This document shows, in pieces, positions 1 to 12,624 of a stretch of 64,000 nucleotides of DNA; the stretch's first letter is position 1, and every line of letters begins with the position of its first letter. Source of the DNA: Octopus sinensis (lineage: Eukaryota); NCBI RefSeq assembly GCF_006345805.1, contig NC_043000.1, positions 54,932,001 through 54,996,000 on the forward strand, written 5' to 3'. Made by a program: the position numbers and the translations under genes. Below the pieces are notes generated by a model, which worked only from the letters and a program-made list of their open reading frames with translations, did no database searches and had not been told where the DNA came from.

Positions 1-303
1 AAGAAGAAGGAGGAGGAGAAGAAGAAGAAGAGAGAAGAAGAAGAAGAAAAAGAAGAAGAAGAAGAAGAGGAGGAGGAGGAGGAGGAGGAGGAGGAGGAGG
101 AGAAGAAGGAGGAGGAGAAGAAGAAGAAGGAGGAGGAGGAGAGGAGGAGGAGAAGAAGAGAAGAAGAAGAAAGAAGAAGAAGAAGAAAGAAGAAGAAGAA
201 GGAGGAGAAGAAGAAGGAGAAGAAGGAGAAGAAGAACAAGAGGAACAAGAAGAAAAAGAAGAACAAGAACAAGAAGAACAAGAAGAACAAGAAGAACAAG
301 AAG
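1..303. repeat. Compound (GAA)n/(GAG)n/(GAACAA)n purine-rich microsatellite
   Basis: Directly visible purine-rich trinucleotide tract. Confidence 0.95.
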
Positions 304-390
304 AGTATCGTACTGTAGGCTGCAAGTAGAAAGCCCGCAACGCAACGCTCCAGGAGTTCCAAAAAAAATCTGTCATAAAAAGAAATAATA
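304..390 (+). mobile_element. Isolated 3' UTR of an R4/Dong-type LINE
   Basis: gctgcaagtagaaagcccgcaacgc...ctccaggagttcc...aaaaagaaataa resembles the 3' end of the LINE at ~12285-12360 (ggtgcaagtagcaagcctgctacgc...ctccagaaattcc...aaaaagaaataa). Confidence 0.65.
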
Positions 391-399
391 TTTGCTTTT

Positions 400-885
400 T
401 TTTCGCATTAATACTTATAGTATTGATATAGGAATGGTGAAACTAAAAGTTCATTTTGGTACGATTTGAACTTAAATATATTAGAATGTAAGTTAATACC
501 TCAATTGAGTCATGCACAGCACTGTTTTCTTATTGTACATTGATATCTCATATGTATTAATGGCCTCGGTAAATTAATATATTCTGCGAAATATGAAATT
601 TATTAAAATTTAATGCGGATTAAATCCAATATTCACATCCTATGTATTGATATTTCCTCAATGCTAAGGAGTTTCATACTGGGCCATGCGTATTAATTTC
701 AAAATATATTGTATAGTATTCTCCCTATATTTGTGTGGTTAGCTGTAGCTAATGATATATTTCTGAATTCGGATTCTCAATACAGTGCCAGTGTCCATTA
801 ATTCAGCAGTATTACATCTAGCACAAATAACAATGAAAAAATATTGAATGACTTCATAAAGAACGTATTCAAAGTTTTTGTGTAA
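400..885 (+). pseudogene. Decayed LRR (TLR-like ectodomain) coding remnant
   Basis: Motifs in shifting + frames: ELKYIRM, LYIDISY, MLRSFILGH, VLHLAQ. Confidence 0.55.
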
Positions 886-1088
886 TTTACTCTTTTACTT
901 GTTTCAGCCATTTCACTGTAGCCATGCTGGAGCACCGCCTTTAGTCGAGCAAATCGACCAAAGGACAGATTCTTTGTAAGCCTAGTACTTATTCTATCGG
1001 TCTCTTTTGCCGAAGCGCTAAGTTACAGGGACATAAACACACCAGCATCGGTTGTCAAGCGATGTTGGGGGACAAACACAGACACACA

Positions 1089-1172
<84 letters not shown>

Positions 1173-1592
1173 TATATACACAAGGCGGTGAGCTGGCAGA
1201 AACGTCAGTACGCCGGGCGAAATGCGTAGCCGGATTTCGTCTGCCGTTACGTTCTGGGTTCAAATTCCGCCGAGGTCGACTTTGCCTTTCATCCTTTCGG
1301 GGTCGATAAATTAAGTACCAGTTACGCACTGGGGTCGATGTAATCGATTTAATCCGGTGTCTGTCCTTGTTTGGCCCCTCTGTGTTTAGCCCCTTGTAGG
1401 TAGTAAAGAAATATATATATATACATATACATATGTACGACGGGCTTCTTTCAGTTTCCTTGTACCAAATCCACTCACAAGGCTTTGATCGGCCCGAGGC
1501 TATAAGAGAAGACACTTGCCCAAGGTGCCATGCAGTGGGACTGAACCCGGAACCATGTGGTTCGTAAGCAGGCTACTTACCACACAGCCACT
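886..1592 (-). mobile_element. Octopus-type tRNA-derived SINE (family A) with internal CA/TA microsatellite, interrupted by a nested SINE
   Basis: Reverse-strand head gagtggctgtgtggtaag...ggttcagtccc (A/B boxes) and tail ...gaaacaagtaaaagagtaaa; many copies in the window. Confidence 0.9.
1184..1413 (+). mobile_element. Nin-domain tRNA-derived SINE (family B) nested in the TA tract of a family A SINE
   Basis: ggcggtgagctggcagaa...ggttcaaattcc head and Nin-like core gcctttcatcctttcggggtcgataaattaagtacc; close copy at 17249. Confidence 0.88.
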
Positions 1593-2330
1593 CACAGGAC
1601 AACAAAAATTTTGATACCGGGGTAAAAGCGTCTGTTTTAGACTAAATCGAAGATGCTGATTCCGAATCCGCGCTCAAAGTTGTTCTATCACGGCAGGAGT
1701 TTGAGTTATGCGCATGCGCAAGATTACAACTATACTTTTGGTTAGGCCGTATCTTAAATTTGCTAAAATGAAAGCGAACTTAATTCAAAAGTAAACAGCA
1801 ACAAAACAAACAATGAGAAAGTTCATTATTTAGTTTAGCAATAGATGGCACTGACGTATTGTGTGCAAACGCCAAATACGTCAGTTTGTTCTTGATAACT
1901 TTTAGTGTCGTTTGCGCTGCCGTCACGTGTGGTATGTGTATCTTTCGCTCTGCATGGTTACTATTTTAACTGTATTCAATGTGTTAGATCATGAATAGGA
2001 GAGGCTGTGTAAATCACCCAGACAACTTTTGTTATGTCTGTAGAAAATTTGCTTCGCGTGACCATTGGAAGAACTTTACCACCAAATTATACACTGCCTA
2101 TAAATATTATTTCGGATATAAAGTTGGGGACCAAAACAAAAGGTGGGCACTTTGTATATGCTGCACCGTGTGTTACTCAGGCCTTACACAGTGGCTGAAT
2201 AGTAAACGGAAGGTAATGCCTTTTGCTTTACCTCTGGTATGGTTCGATTAATATTAGTGGTTTCTCAAAGGGAACCAAAGCAAAAATTGAATGCAGATTG
2301 TAAGTTGGTCGTTACAGTGTGCAGCATATG
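1593..2330 (+). mobile_element. Chapaev3 (CMC) DNA transposon, 5' fragment with truncated transposase
   Basis: CAC-starting terminus; ORF 1991-2251 with C-x2-C...YFG.K.GDQ.K.WA..C..C...L..W...MPF..P.VW, the N-terminal zinc-finger pattern of Chapaev3 transposases. Confidence 0.75.
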
Positions 2331-2569
2331 CCACTGGTTTCAAAACTGTACGAATTTCCGACTTTTTCATCTCTAAACAAAACTATTAAAAAGAAACATT
2401 TATAAATACTTTATAAAGCGCAAAATGAGTTACAATAAAGAAATAGATGTGTCAGCTTTCTAACAAAAAATAAAGTTTGTTATAATATAATATTGGCGCA
2501 AAATGAGCAGCTGTCAAAATTTACCATATACCTTACTACAAATTTCATACTGGACGACCTAATGATATA

Positions 2570-3285
2570 GTACTAATATATAATTATGTGCATGGCTCAC
2601 AATACTGACGTGCTACACCACTTCTGAGTTCACATTCGGAATTTGCTTACTCGATTTAGCTTAGTAGAGCACCATTTTTCTGGGTAGAAGAGAATATTTT
2701 CTTTTGTTGCCCATAGTTATTTTCGTAGATTTTTCTATACAATTTGAATGGTTGTGGTACTGGCTAATGTACGGAGCACAAATAAACCATATCATAGAAA
2801 TTTTGTTTCATTCTCATACTATCAAATTTAAATTTTTACTTCTCAATGGTGAAAGGATGAATTCGAATCTGCGTGGTCGAGTGAGTATCTGTGTTCAAAG
2901 TTTTGAGTCTGTTCAGGGTTTTCACAACTATCTGAGACATTGATGCATTGTTCAAAAGAGTTATTGAGCTCATACATTAAAGTGTGTTTATTTCTATCTT
3001 TCTTGTATTTGAAGACTTGTTCTTTCACGGCCGAAAATATACATATCGCAAAGCTAAGCATGAATAGAAATAATTATACCATTCTAAGAAATACTTATTC
3101 GTTAGTCCAATGGTCAATAAGCAGGTGTGACCAAAGTCTTTGAGTGGCAGAAAAACAAAATCAACCGATCAGCGAATCCCAAAACACCACTCAAAATACA
3201 AAGCAAGAAGCGGTTTAGTCTGTATCCCTCCTAAACTTAATTATAAAACAGCAACATAAAAGTCGAGCAATTAAAAAGGGTATAC
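2570..3285 (+). pseudogene. Decayed LRR remnant ending in an LRR-CT-like cap
   Basis: ORFs 2704 (LPIVIFVDFS, KFKFLLLNG) and 2940 (LSFLYLKTC, IAKLSMNRNNYTIL), then LSG and VCIPPKL. Confidence 0.65.
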
Positions 3286-3293
3286 ATCATATA

Positions 3294-3859
3294 TCTCTTA
3301 CATAAAATCCGTTCTGTCTGCCTGTGTGTGTGTGTGTCTTCTCGGATCTCGGGTATCCTCCAACCGATAGCGCTCAAATTTGATATGTAGATACCGACGG
3401 TATCAGGGCGTGTATAAGTTTTGAAAAAAATACAAAAATCGATTCCAGGTGAGAATGCGATCGATAAAGTCGCTTTCATCCTGTTTTTCTTCCGTCAACC
3501 TGTACATAACTGCAACTTCCATTTTTTGTTGTTTTTGTACTGCTTAAAGGCACGTTTCTTTCTTGCCAAGCTTACTGTTTAAAACCATGTTTGTGTTCTC
3601 CCAGTCAACAGCCTTATCATTACTGGCGTTTTAAGCTCTTCTTGCATATTTGTGTGAATAAAATCGTTTTTCTTTGGAATAGAAAAAAGTCTATCTTTAT
3701 TTCTTGATTTGCTGGTGTCTCACATTTAGGTTAAATCAGTGTTTATCAAAAGGGGGAGGGTTATGCGACGGTCGGACAAGTTGTTTTGAGAAAATTTGGT
3801 TTAAATGTTTGACAATTCAGTACCGTCCATTGGACGGGGGCGGGGGGACGTTTTGCTCG
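3294..3859 (+). mobile_element. Non-autonomous Helitron-like element
   Basis: 5' A|TC start followed by ctgtctg..gtgtgt; 3' hairpin ccgtcca-t-tggacgg (3823-3837) then CTCG|T (CTRR-like). Confidence 0.65.
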
Positions 3860-3861
3860 TA

Positions 3862-4295
3862 ATAATATATTTTAATAACAGCACTCATAATTACAGACAC
3901 GAAAGTTGCGAGGAATTCGTGAGTTGAAAGTGAGTCATACAACGTGAGTTGTAGCGAACATACTTAGTGTGTTGAAATATATACCCAGTATTATGCAAAT
4001 ATGAATATAGCAAGTATGCATATACACTTACATTTATACACAGACACATACACAGGCCCACGCACACACACATACACACACATTTGTATGTGTGCGTGTA
4101 TTAGAACTTGAGTGCGTGCGTTGGTTTGCATGTTATATTGTATTGTCATGTCACAATGTTTTAACTTGAATGTCAACATTTCTATGGTAATTATAGACCG
4201 TTTTTAAAGAATATTCTAACAATCAGTAATGAGAAAGTCGCAGTAATTTTAATTCAATCTATTCTTATATATATCTAATGTATACCAAAATTAGA
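3862..4295 (+). pseudogene. Decayed LRR-NT cap and first LRRs, interrupted by microsatellite-like DNA
   Basis: NVSCSEH...LKYIPSI fits the LRR-NT consensus vxCs...LxxIP. Confidence 0.5.
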
Positions 4296-4299
4296 TATA

Positions 4300-4557
4300 T
4301 ACGAGGTGCGTTCAAAAAGTAGCCGACTTTATATTTTCCCGCCAAAACGTATTTCACCAGGGAGAAATCCTTGCCGGGGAATAGACGCCACCCTTCCTCT
4401 GATCCCAATCCAAAACTTTTGCACCGGTAGGTCGCATCACTTCCCGGTTGTTCCGCCTAAAGCACACACGTGTTGTTCGCGCTCTTCGGATTTTTGTTAT
4501 CGAGCAAGATGATAGAATGAAGCGAGCAGGAACCATAAATTCATGTTTCGCCAACTT
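4300..4557 (+). mobile_element. Mariner 5' end fragment
   Basis: TA + cgaggtgcgttcaaaaagt mariner-type TIR; decayed transposase start MIE*SEQ. Confidence 0.65.
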
Positions 4558-5095
4558 AACGGTAGTCTTCATGAACTTTGACTAGTGGTTTGCACAGTGC
4601 AGCACGTTCAGAGCGATTTCCATGCGGATTTGCTTCTGTTGATCTGCCAGCATCTTGGGTGTGAGTGTTCATGACACTCACAGCACGAGTTAATCTTGCG
4701 TTAAAATGGAATGCACTGATCCTGTGTTTATTACTTCTTTGTGTGGTATTTCCAGGATTGTTATGTGATGGTCTTCCATGATTATACACCGAACCTTCTC
4801 AACTGATTTCTGGTTTCGACTTCTGGGTGGTCTGCCTGAGTTTGCCCCACTCTCTACTGAGGTGCAGCTATATTTTTAGTGGTGGTACCACTCCATGATT
4901 TCGATTTTACTCATTGCAGCATCGTCAAAGGCTCGCAAAACCTTCTGGATGACTTAAGCATCTGTACCACTAAGCTTTTGAAAAAACTTGATGTAATATC
5001 CCTGTTCGATGCCAGTATATCCATTTGATCGAAGAATATGAATTTGGAAGTGCTAAAACACGCTATACTGTAAAAGGAAATACTATGGGGAACAT
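4558..5095 (-). mobile_element. Mariner transposase N-terminal remnant in opposite orientation
   Basis: Reverse strand reads IEQGYYIKFF (mariner EQR..IKF) followed by HTH-like remnants. Confidence 0.55.
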
Positions 5096-5099
5096 AACC

Positions 5100-6920
5100 A
5101 GTCCTTGAGTCATTATGAGCTTCGTTATACATATATGAATGAAATTTGAAGGAAGGAATATGTATTTTCAGTCACACCTGTCTCTCCTGATACAGTCGCA
5201 AACGCTATCTATTTCACACTAACTACAAAAATGATTGCAACTCCTTTCACTTAATATCAGCATCAATTAATAAAATATGATCTCGATTTGTTATTCCTGA
5301 TTTTGGATATTTTCACTATCAGGTGATACGATTAGTGCCGAGGGACTCTATTCAGTAGCACTTCGTGTTATTGAATACCACTGTATAACATGAAGTACAA
5401 TAGTACTCATGATGTACTATACCATTTAGAAGGTGTTTTATATTTTTCTAAAATCCTATATAATATTCAACATTCAAACTATGAGAATAATTCGCATCAT
5501 CAAACAAGAGTTGATGCCGGTAAAGCTAAAAATATGGCAAAGCGTTAACCGCAGCAGCATATTTTATTTACTATGCAATTTTGCACAAGTATTTGAGACG
5601 TTGCAAATTTTGTGTGCATTGTCGTTTTTCTATTAAGTTTTACTGAAACCTGATCAATAGTTATAGACAAGCCAATAGCAGACCTTAGGCATCAATGCTC
5701 CAGTTACTAGAAATAGTAATCAAATCACATTCAATGCATATAAAGCACAAATAGAAAACAGATCCATATGCAACATATAGTTTAAAATAGATGATCTCAG
5801 GATGGTTACGACCACGATACCTTTGAATATAAATTTTCTCCATGCGATAAACGTCGGAGTGGAAAAATAGCAACAAAGCAGTAGATTTCGAACCTTTCAA
5901 AATCCATTCTATATTTTTTTGAATTTTCTGCCGTTGAGTATACGATATGAAAGAAATTCAAGCTACTCTTTAGTTAAAGTGTTGAATATAGAAATTGATG
6001 TAAATAATCGATATCGAAATAGTATTAATTACAATCAATAATTGCAGCGTGTGACAGCAAATATGACATATAGACACTTAGTCTAGCGTTCAAATTATAA
6101 CAAATATAATTCTATGTGACTGGACGACAATACTGCAATAAACATTTCTTTTCTCAGTAAAGGAAACAGAATTTGCTGGCAAAAAGCAAGCTTTATTTCA
6201 CTTTGTTCCTAGGTTATATATATTTAATTACTATCGTTTCTCTAAAATTTATATCATCAGAGTTACAAATAACTAAGCGTTTCTAGAAAAATAAAAGTCT
6301 TCTTTGAGAAATAAATATGTGTATCGTTTTATCACAAACACGTTATTGAAAATTCGTTTCTATTTTATATAAATATTTGAACGTTCAAGTACACACATTT
6401 TTACCAGTCTACAATAGACTATTAACACAACGATATTTTAATATTATTGAAATTTTGAAAAGTATTTTAAACTACTTCAATGAATATCAAGTGCAAAAGG
6501 ATAAGTAATAACAAAAAGTTTTAATGGAGTGTTTATATTGGAATCAAACCTGTTATCTATTCACCATACATTATTGTGTCTGTTATTAAAAATTATTCAA
6601 ATATATTTTACGTATCTTAGATTTTATACATATACTTATATAGGCCTCTTGGTCTATAAAATGTATTCAACACTGAACTTCATCCTTTTTTATAAGTGCG
6701 AAAACCAGGTTTACGAGCTACTTTACTGCAATTAATTCTTATAAGTGTAACCACAATTTATTCATCCACATGGAATAAAATGAATGTATTTTAACTATAA
6801 AATTTGATGTTTTTCCTGCAACTAGTTTTAAATTATAATTTGTACAACCCTCGTATTGCTCTTCCAATTATTATGTACAGGATATATTCTAATTGCATCA
6901 ACAGATTTTATTTTAACTCC
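5100..6920 (+). pseudogene. Decayed LRR remnant
   Basis: LQLLSLN, LYNIQHSNYENN, VFETLQIL, SNHIQCI, VKVLNI, TLSLAF, VKETEFAG in shifting + frames. Confidence 0.55.
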
Positions 6921-6922
<2 letters not shown>

Positions 6923-7003
<81 letters not shown>

Positions 7004-7040
7004 CATACACACACACACACACCACACACACACACACACA
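6923..7040. repeat. (CA)n microsatellite
   Basis: Directly visible. Confidence 0.95.
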
Positions 7041-7054
7041 AAGACACCACCGTA

Positions 7055-8800
7055 GTTCATTGACAAATTACAGTTTCCCGAAAATTTCCGAACAGTAATT
7101 TACAATTGGTATCACACATAAAAGATAAACTTATATCTTCTCAATAGGCCTGTTTCTTGTATGTATCACAATAACTGTTGAGTTTTATTTGCATCATATA
7201 CATAAAGCTTCAGATTTTGTTTTGGTTCTATCAGAAGATTTATTATATGAAACATTTTGGAAAATCAATAGGATTGTTAATTTACATTTCCTGTCTTTTA
7301 ATGATATCCTATACAATACTGAATGCAGCTGTTATAAAGGCAGCAATTCAGTATGCTTTCTGAGTGATACAATAAGACAAAAGCATAATAGAAAACAATG
7401 CAGAAAAGTATTTGGATTATACAGAGATCCACAAGTGATAGAGTTTAGTTTTTGAATAATAAACACATGTAAAGTTTGTGTTTATTCTTTTAATGTCTTG
7501 AATTTGATTTTGCCCATGACTTCCTAATTAGTTGTACATTCAATGATACTATGTTTAATCTACCTAGACACTTAAAGAAAAGAGCATGAATTTATTATGA
7601 CATATTCATAGCAGTATCGAAAATGAAGCCATATATTTCATTCCTGCGTAATATTTTCCATGTGTAAGATTTTTATACACAAATAGGTAGACACTTTATG
7701 TATTAGAAATCAATTTATTTGGCGACATGAATTCATGTAAACAAATATTACTTCCTACTATCTTGTTTAAGTACTACATAAATAAGGAAAAATCAAATAT
7801 ATCATCGGATACTCAGGAAACAAAAAGTTTAATCAATATCGAATAAGACTAAAATGTATAGAATTTATTTAACATATATTTAAGAGCATTGGTTGCTTCA
7901 GAGGAACAGGTAATAAATCAGAAGCTATTACGAAGCAAAACTTTACTTTCATGATAATATCGTTGATTGTTATGAAGGAGTGACGTTTTCTAAAATTGTT
8001 AATGAAAATGTATACTGATATACGACGCAGAAGCGTCACTCTGATTTATATCGATTTCTATTTTTGACAGAAACCCACAGCAATAGGCTAATACTTACTT
8101 TATCTACCCACGAAAGGATGAAGGGTAAATTTGGTGTCGGGTTGATCGATTTCAACTAAGAAAATACAATGTATATTGTCCGCCAGTCTCCCGGTTCTTT
8201 AATTCCCTCGTATTTATTGAAATTGATATTGAGATAAATGCTCGAACTTGATGGCTGAAAGACTTACAAATGCATGTCTGGGTTTCAAGTTAATAACGGA
8301 AAGCTAGTTTTTGTTAATTAAACATTTACGTACGTATTTGAAGCATAGGGGTTTGCCAAAATAGACCGAATATTATTTGCTTTTGATAAGCTCTCATGTT
8401 TATTTCAAATTGTGGCAAATAAATTTTAACAGGTTCTTTAGTTGTTTATTCTTAATCATTCTGATTGGTTCTCATTTCACTGCATTGTTCTCGGATTAGA
8501 TCGTTTTTAAAACAAACTTTACTATCGCTAATATCATTGCATGACATTTTTCTTAGTTTTTAAGGATGAAATTTGTGACATCCGACTGTATTCAAGATTT
8601 TATGAGAACTGATAACACTGAGATGCATAAAGACTTCTAGAAAAATGTGAATATTACAATACTTTTCATGAATTATATTTTTCTGTAACTCCCCTTGAAA
8701 TAGATCGTGGATGGAACTGTTCTTCAGCCTATTAAGCAGTGTAATTTTATACATATTTTCTCTTACCATCTGAACATGGCATACTATTATCCTCGACATA
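7055..8800 (+). pseudogene. Weak decayed LRR remnant, containing a degraded Nin-SINE at ~8085-8200
   Basis: LHFLSFNDI, NVLNL, NKSEAITKQNF, LNMAY; weaker than the flanking blocks. Confidence 0.4.
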
Positions 8801-8804
8801 TTAA

Positions 8805-9952
8805 GTTTAAAATAGAGAAACGACGGTTAGATCTGGAACGTCTTTGAGTACACGTATGCTTTTTTCAGCATCCTCTTGTGTCAAAACCGATGTCTCAAGA
8901 TTGTATGTAAAGAGGAGGGTTGGAGGGCGTGGATTGGTATGTTGTGAAGGTTGTATAAGGGAAGAGGAGAATAGCCTAGCTTGGTATGTCAAGGGAAGTA
9001 AAGAAGACAGGATTGAAGCAGTGACAATGCAGCGAACTTTAAGCGTGAAAGAAGTCCTAGATACAACACACTTTAAGAAAGACCAGAGAGAGCAGATGAA
9101 GAATATTTGGCATGACAAGAAAATGAACAGTCGGTTCTTGGAGAATACAATGAGATTGATTGGAACAGAATTTGGGATGGGATGCAGAAAGGAGGTGCAG
9201 CGCTCAGGAACAATTTCTCAGAACAAACTACTCAAAATATCACATTGATAAAAGCACAGACTCGCTACAGTGTAGGTTATGCTCTGAGAAGGGAAAAAGT
9301 ATAAGCCATATTGTCAGTGAGTGATGTAAACTTACACAACTCGAATATAAAAGGAGAAACGACAATGTGGCCATATATATCCACTGGCTGTCGTGCGGTA
9401 AAACAAACCTTGAGAGAGCCGAACAATGGTATAAACACAAGCCAGAGGGATTAATGTTAAAAATTAACATTACAAAATACTCCAGGATTCTAACATGCAG
9501 TGCAACCTTAGAGGCGAGACGACCAGATATCACGCTCATCGATAAAGATGAAAAGTAGTAAAGATAATAGACATTCCAATACCAGGCGATTCGAGGGTAA
9601 AATGTAAGGAAACAGAAAAGATTGAGAAATCGCAGACACTGCGTGACGAGATAAGATGGTTATGGGATATGAGGAAAGTAATGGTGATATCCGTTGTAAT
9701 TGGAGCATTAGGAGCATTTCCAAGGGTTTTGAAAAATACACTAAGAATATTGGAGCTGCTGTCATGCTCGTAATGATCCAGAAGACAGCATTGTTGGGTA
9801 CAGCTCGCATTCAAAGGAGCGTATTGTCTCTTTGTGTCGCAGGAGTAGGCACTACCTGAAATCTTTTGTGATTAGTTGCATGCTTTCAAGTAAAGAATAA
9901 CCGGTACATAAGAACTATCCCAGATTCTTTCATGACGAAGATGATGATGATG
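8805..9952 (+). mobile_element. R4/Dong-clade non-LTR retrotransposon, 3' part (degenerate)
   Basis: RLYVKRRVGGRGL, CCHC finger CRLC..SISHIVSE.C, RLE nuclease RRPDITLIDK, QKTALLGTARI, (GAT)n tail. Confidence 0.88.
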
Positions 9953-12360
9953 CTAAGCAACCAAATCAAGACTGGAAATATAGAACAAAATAGAACAAGA
10001 TAGTTCAGTCAAATAAAAAGAAACTGTTTCAGGAACTACCTGGGAAATTACACGTAACAATATTTGCAGATATAAAGGAAAGAAGGGCATTCTGGGGAGG
10101 GTTCTGGGACCAACCTGTAGAGTATAATGATGAAGCGGAGTGACTGCATGAAATCCGAGATAGTTTAAGAAATATAGAAGTCCAAGAAGACATGAAAATA
10201 ATACAGAAATGATAAAAACAAAGTTAGGAAAATGTCTACAATGGAAGAGCCCAGTTCCGGATGGGGGCACAAGGTTATTGGATAAAGCTGGTGAAACAAT
10301 AGCGAAACAGCTAGATGAGTACTTGCAGAAAGACGCAGTGCCCAGCTTGATGACAAAAGGGAAAACATTATGTGCCAAAGATTCTGAAAGAGAAATGTTG
10401 CATCCAATATTCGACAAATAACGTGGCATTCGCTAATGTGGAAACTAATGCCAGGTGCTTTGGCCGGTGAACTGTATAGATAGTTACAATAAGGTGCGCT
10501 GCTACGTATTGAACAGAGAGGGTGTCGAAAGTGGAGCTGGGGGACGAAGGATCAGCTCTTGATTGATTATCAGGTACTTCAAGAGAAGACACATAAAATT
10601 GAGCATGGCATGGGATGACTATCCAAAGTATACGATATGATACCACACTCTTGGACAATAAGAATAATGGAAATGCATGGAGTTGCAGAAAACATGAGAA
10701 GCCTTATATGGAACAGTATGATATGTTGGACAACGGAACTGACAGCAGGGAATCAAATATTAGGAGAGGTGAAAATCAGGAGAGGAATCTTTCAGGGAGA
10801 CAGTGCGTCCCCGCTGATCTTTATGCTAGTAATGATCTCCTTCGGGGAAATACTATTGTAAATAAAGTTGGGGAGTGACCTGGGAAGATGTAAAGGAAAA
10901 CTGAGCCAGTTGCTATTCATGGACGACTGAAGTTATTCATAAAACCTGAAGCAGAACTAGACGGCCTAGTGATATTAAGATGGAGTTTGGCCACTCAAAA
11001 TGTACTACGAGAAACGCTTGTCAGGATAGAAGGCATATGTTTGCCAAGTGGTGAAATGATGAAGGCAATTCAACTTCAGTCCAGCTATAAATACTTGGGA
11101 ATACTTCAAGCTGATGGAATTAAGCACAACGAAATGAAGGAAAAGACAAAAAGAGAGTAGCTACAGCGATTGAGAAAATTACTGGTTTCAAAGCTAAATG
11201 CCAGAAAAATAACTTCGGCAATAAACGCGCGCGCATCGCAGTAGTTCGATATGGTGCTGGAATCCTGAAGTGGACAAAGGGAGAAATAAAGGAGATGGAG
11301 AGGAAATCGAGAAAGCTCCTAGCGTGCATGGAGTATATCGTCCACGTGCAGACACTGATCGCCTATACATGAAGAGTACAAATGAAGGAAGAGGACTGAT
11401 AATTGTGGAAGACTGCGCACCTATCAAACTCGAGAGATTAATGAAATACTTAGCCCAAAGAAAAGAAACCTCGCTAGTGTTAGTTAGGAACAGGGGCGTA
11501 TTGAAGCAGAGAAAAAAAAAGGAAAAACAGAGGAAGAAGTGCAAAATGTACATGAAAATAATTTTGCAATAAGGGATTTCACAAACAATTCCATGTAGCC
11601 ACAACTGAAATTGCTGGAGAAAATAGGTGGAATTGGTTGATGAAAAGAACCCTCAAAATAGAGACCGAGAGCACTATACTAGCAACGCAAGAAGAAGCTT
11701 TGGCTTTGCACTCCCATCCTGAACTGGGCTCTTCCACGAACTGGAGAGTCAACCTTTGCAATCAACAGTGTCTCTGTTGTGGCGACACGACCAAGTAGTG
11801 AAAGCGCTACATTGGAAACTGTGCGAAAAGTAGAGGCTAGAGAGAGGCAAGACGTGGTGGGAGCACAAACCTCAGAGAGTGGCGGAGTCGGAGACTAACA
11901 TAATCCTCTGGGATTTCCAAATCAAAACATATCAAGAGCTAAAGTATAACAGACAGCACCTATTGGTGGTCAACAACATGCACTGCATGTATTATATGGT
12001 TGATGGTGCATGCCCCTTTGACCCAGTAATATTCAAGAATCAAGGCGAAAAAAAGAATAGATAGATACAACCCTCTGAAGTACGCAATATTCTGGCTACG
12101 GAAAATGAAGATGGTAAGATAGTGCCAATTACTTTTGTGTCCTTGCAGACAGTATCAGAAGGTATCAAGGAAATTGGAATGGAGTGTCCAGCAATTATTA
12201 CAAAAGTTTTGCCTCTTTGGCACGGCCACAGTAACCTGGTAATTATTAGACAGCTGAGAAAAAAACGGATAACATGGTACCACAGGGTGCAAGTAGCAAG
12301 CCTGCTACGCATGCAAGACTCCAGAAATTCCAGCAAAACTTGTGTTAAAAAGAAATAACT
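9953..12360 (+). mobile_element. R4/Dong-clade LINE, degenerate RT-RLE
   Basis: WKSPVPDG, IRRGIFQGDSASPLIF, LLFMDD, YKYLGI, DRLYM...GRGL, ILWDFQI; followed by (AAT)n. Confidence 0.9.
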
Positions 12361-12377
12361 GCATCAACAACAGCGAC

Positions 12378-12622
<245 letters not shown>

Positions 12623-12624
12623 TC

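Noticed and set aside
1018-1515. ORFs rich in YI/HT/CV/poly-I/poly-N here and throughout the ORF track
   Set aside because: They are translations of microsatellites and SINEs, not genes.
2400-2562. Right end of the Chapaev3 element
   Set aside because: No matching inverted terminus found; it looks more like an unrelated Tc1/mariner end and is too weak to call.
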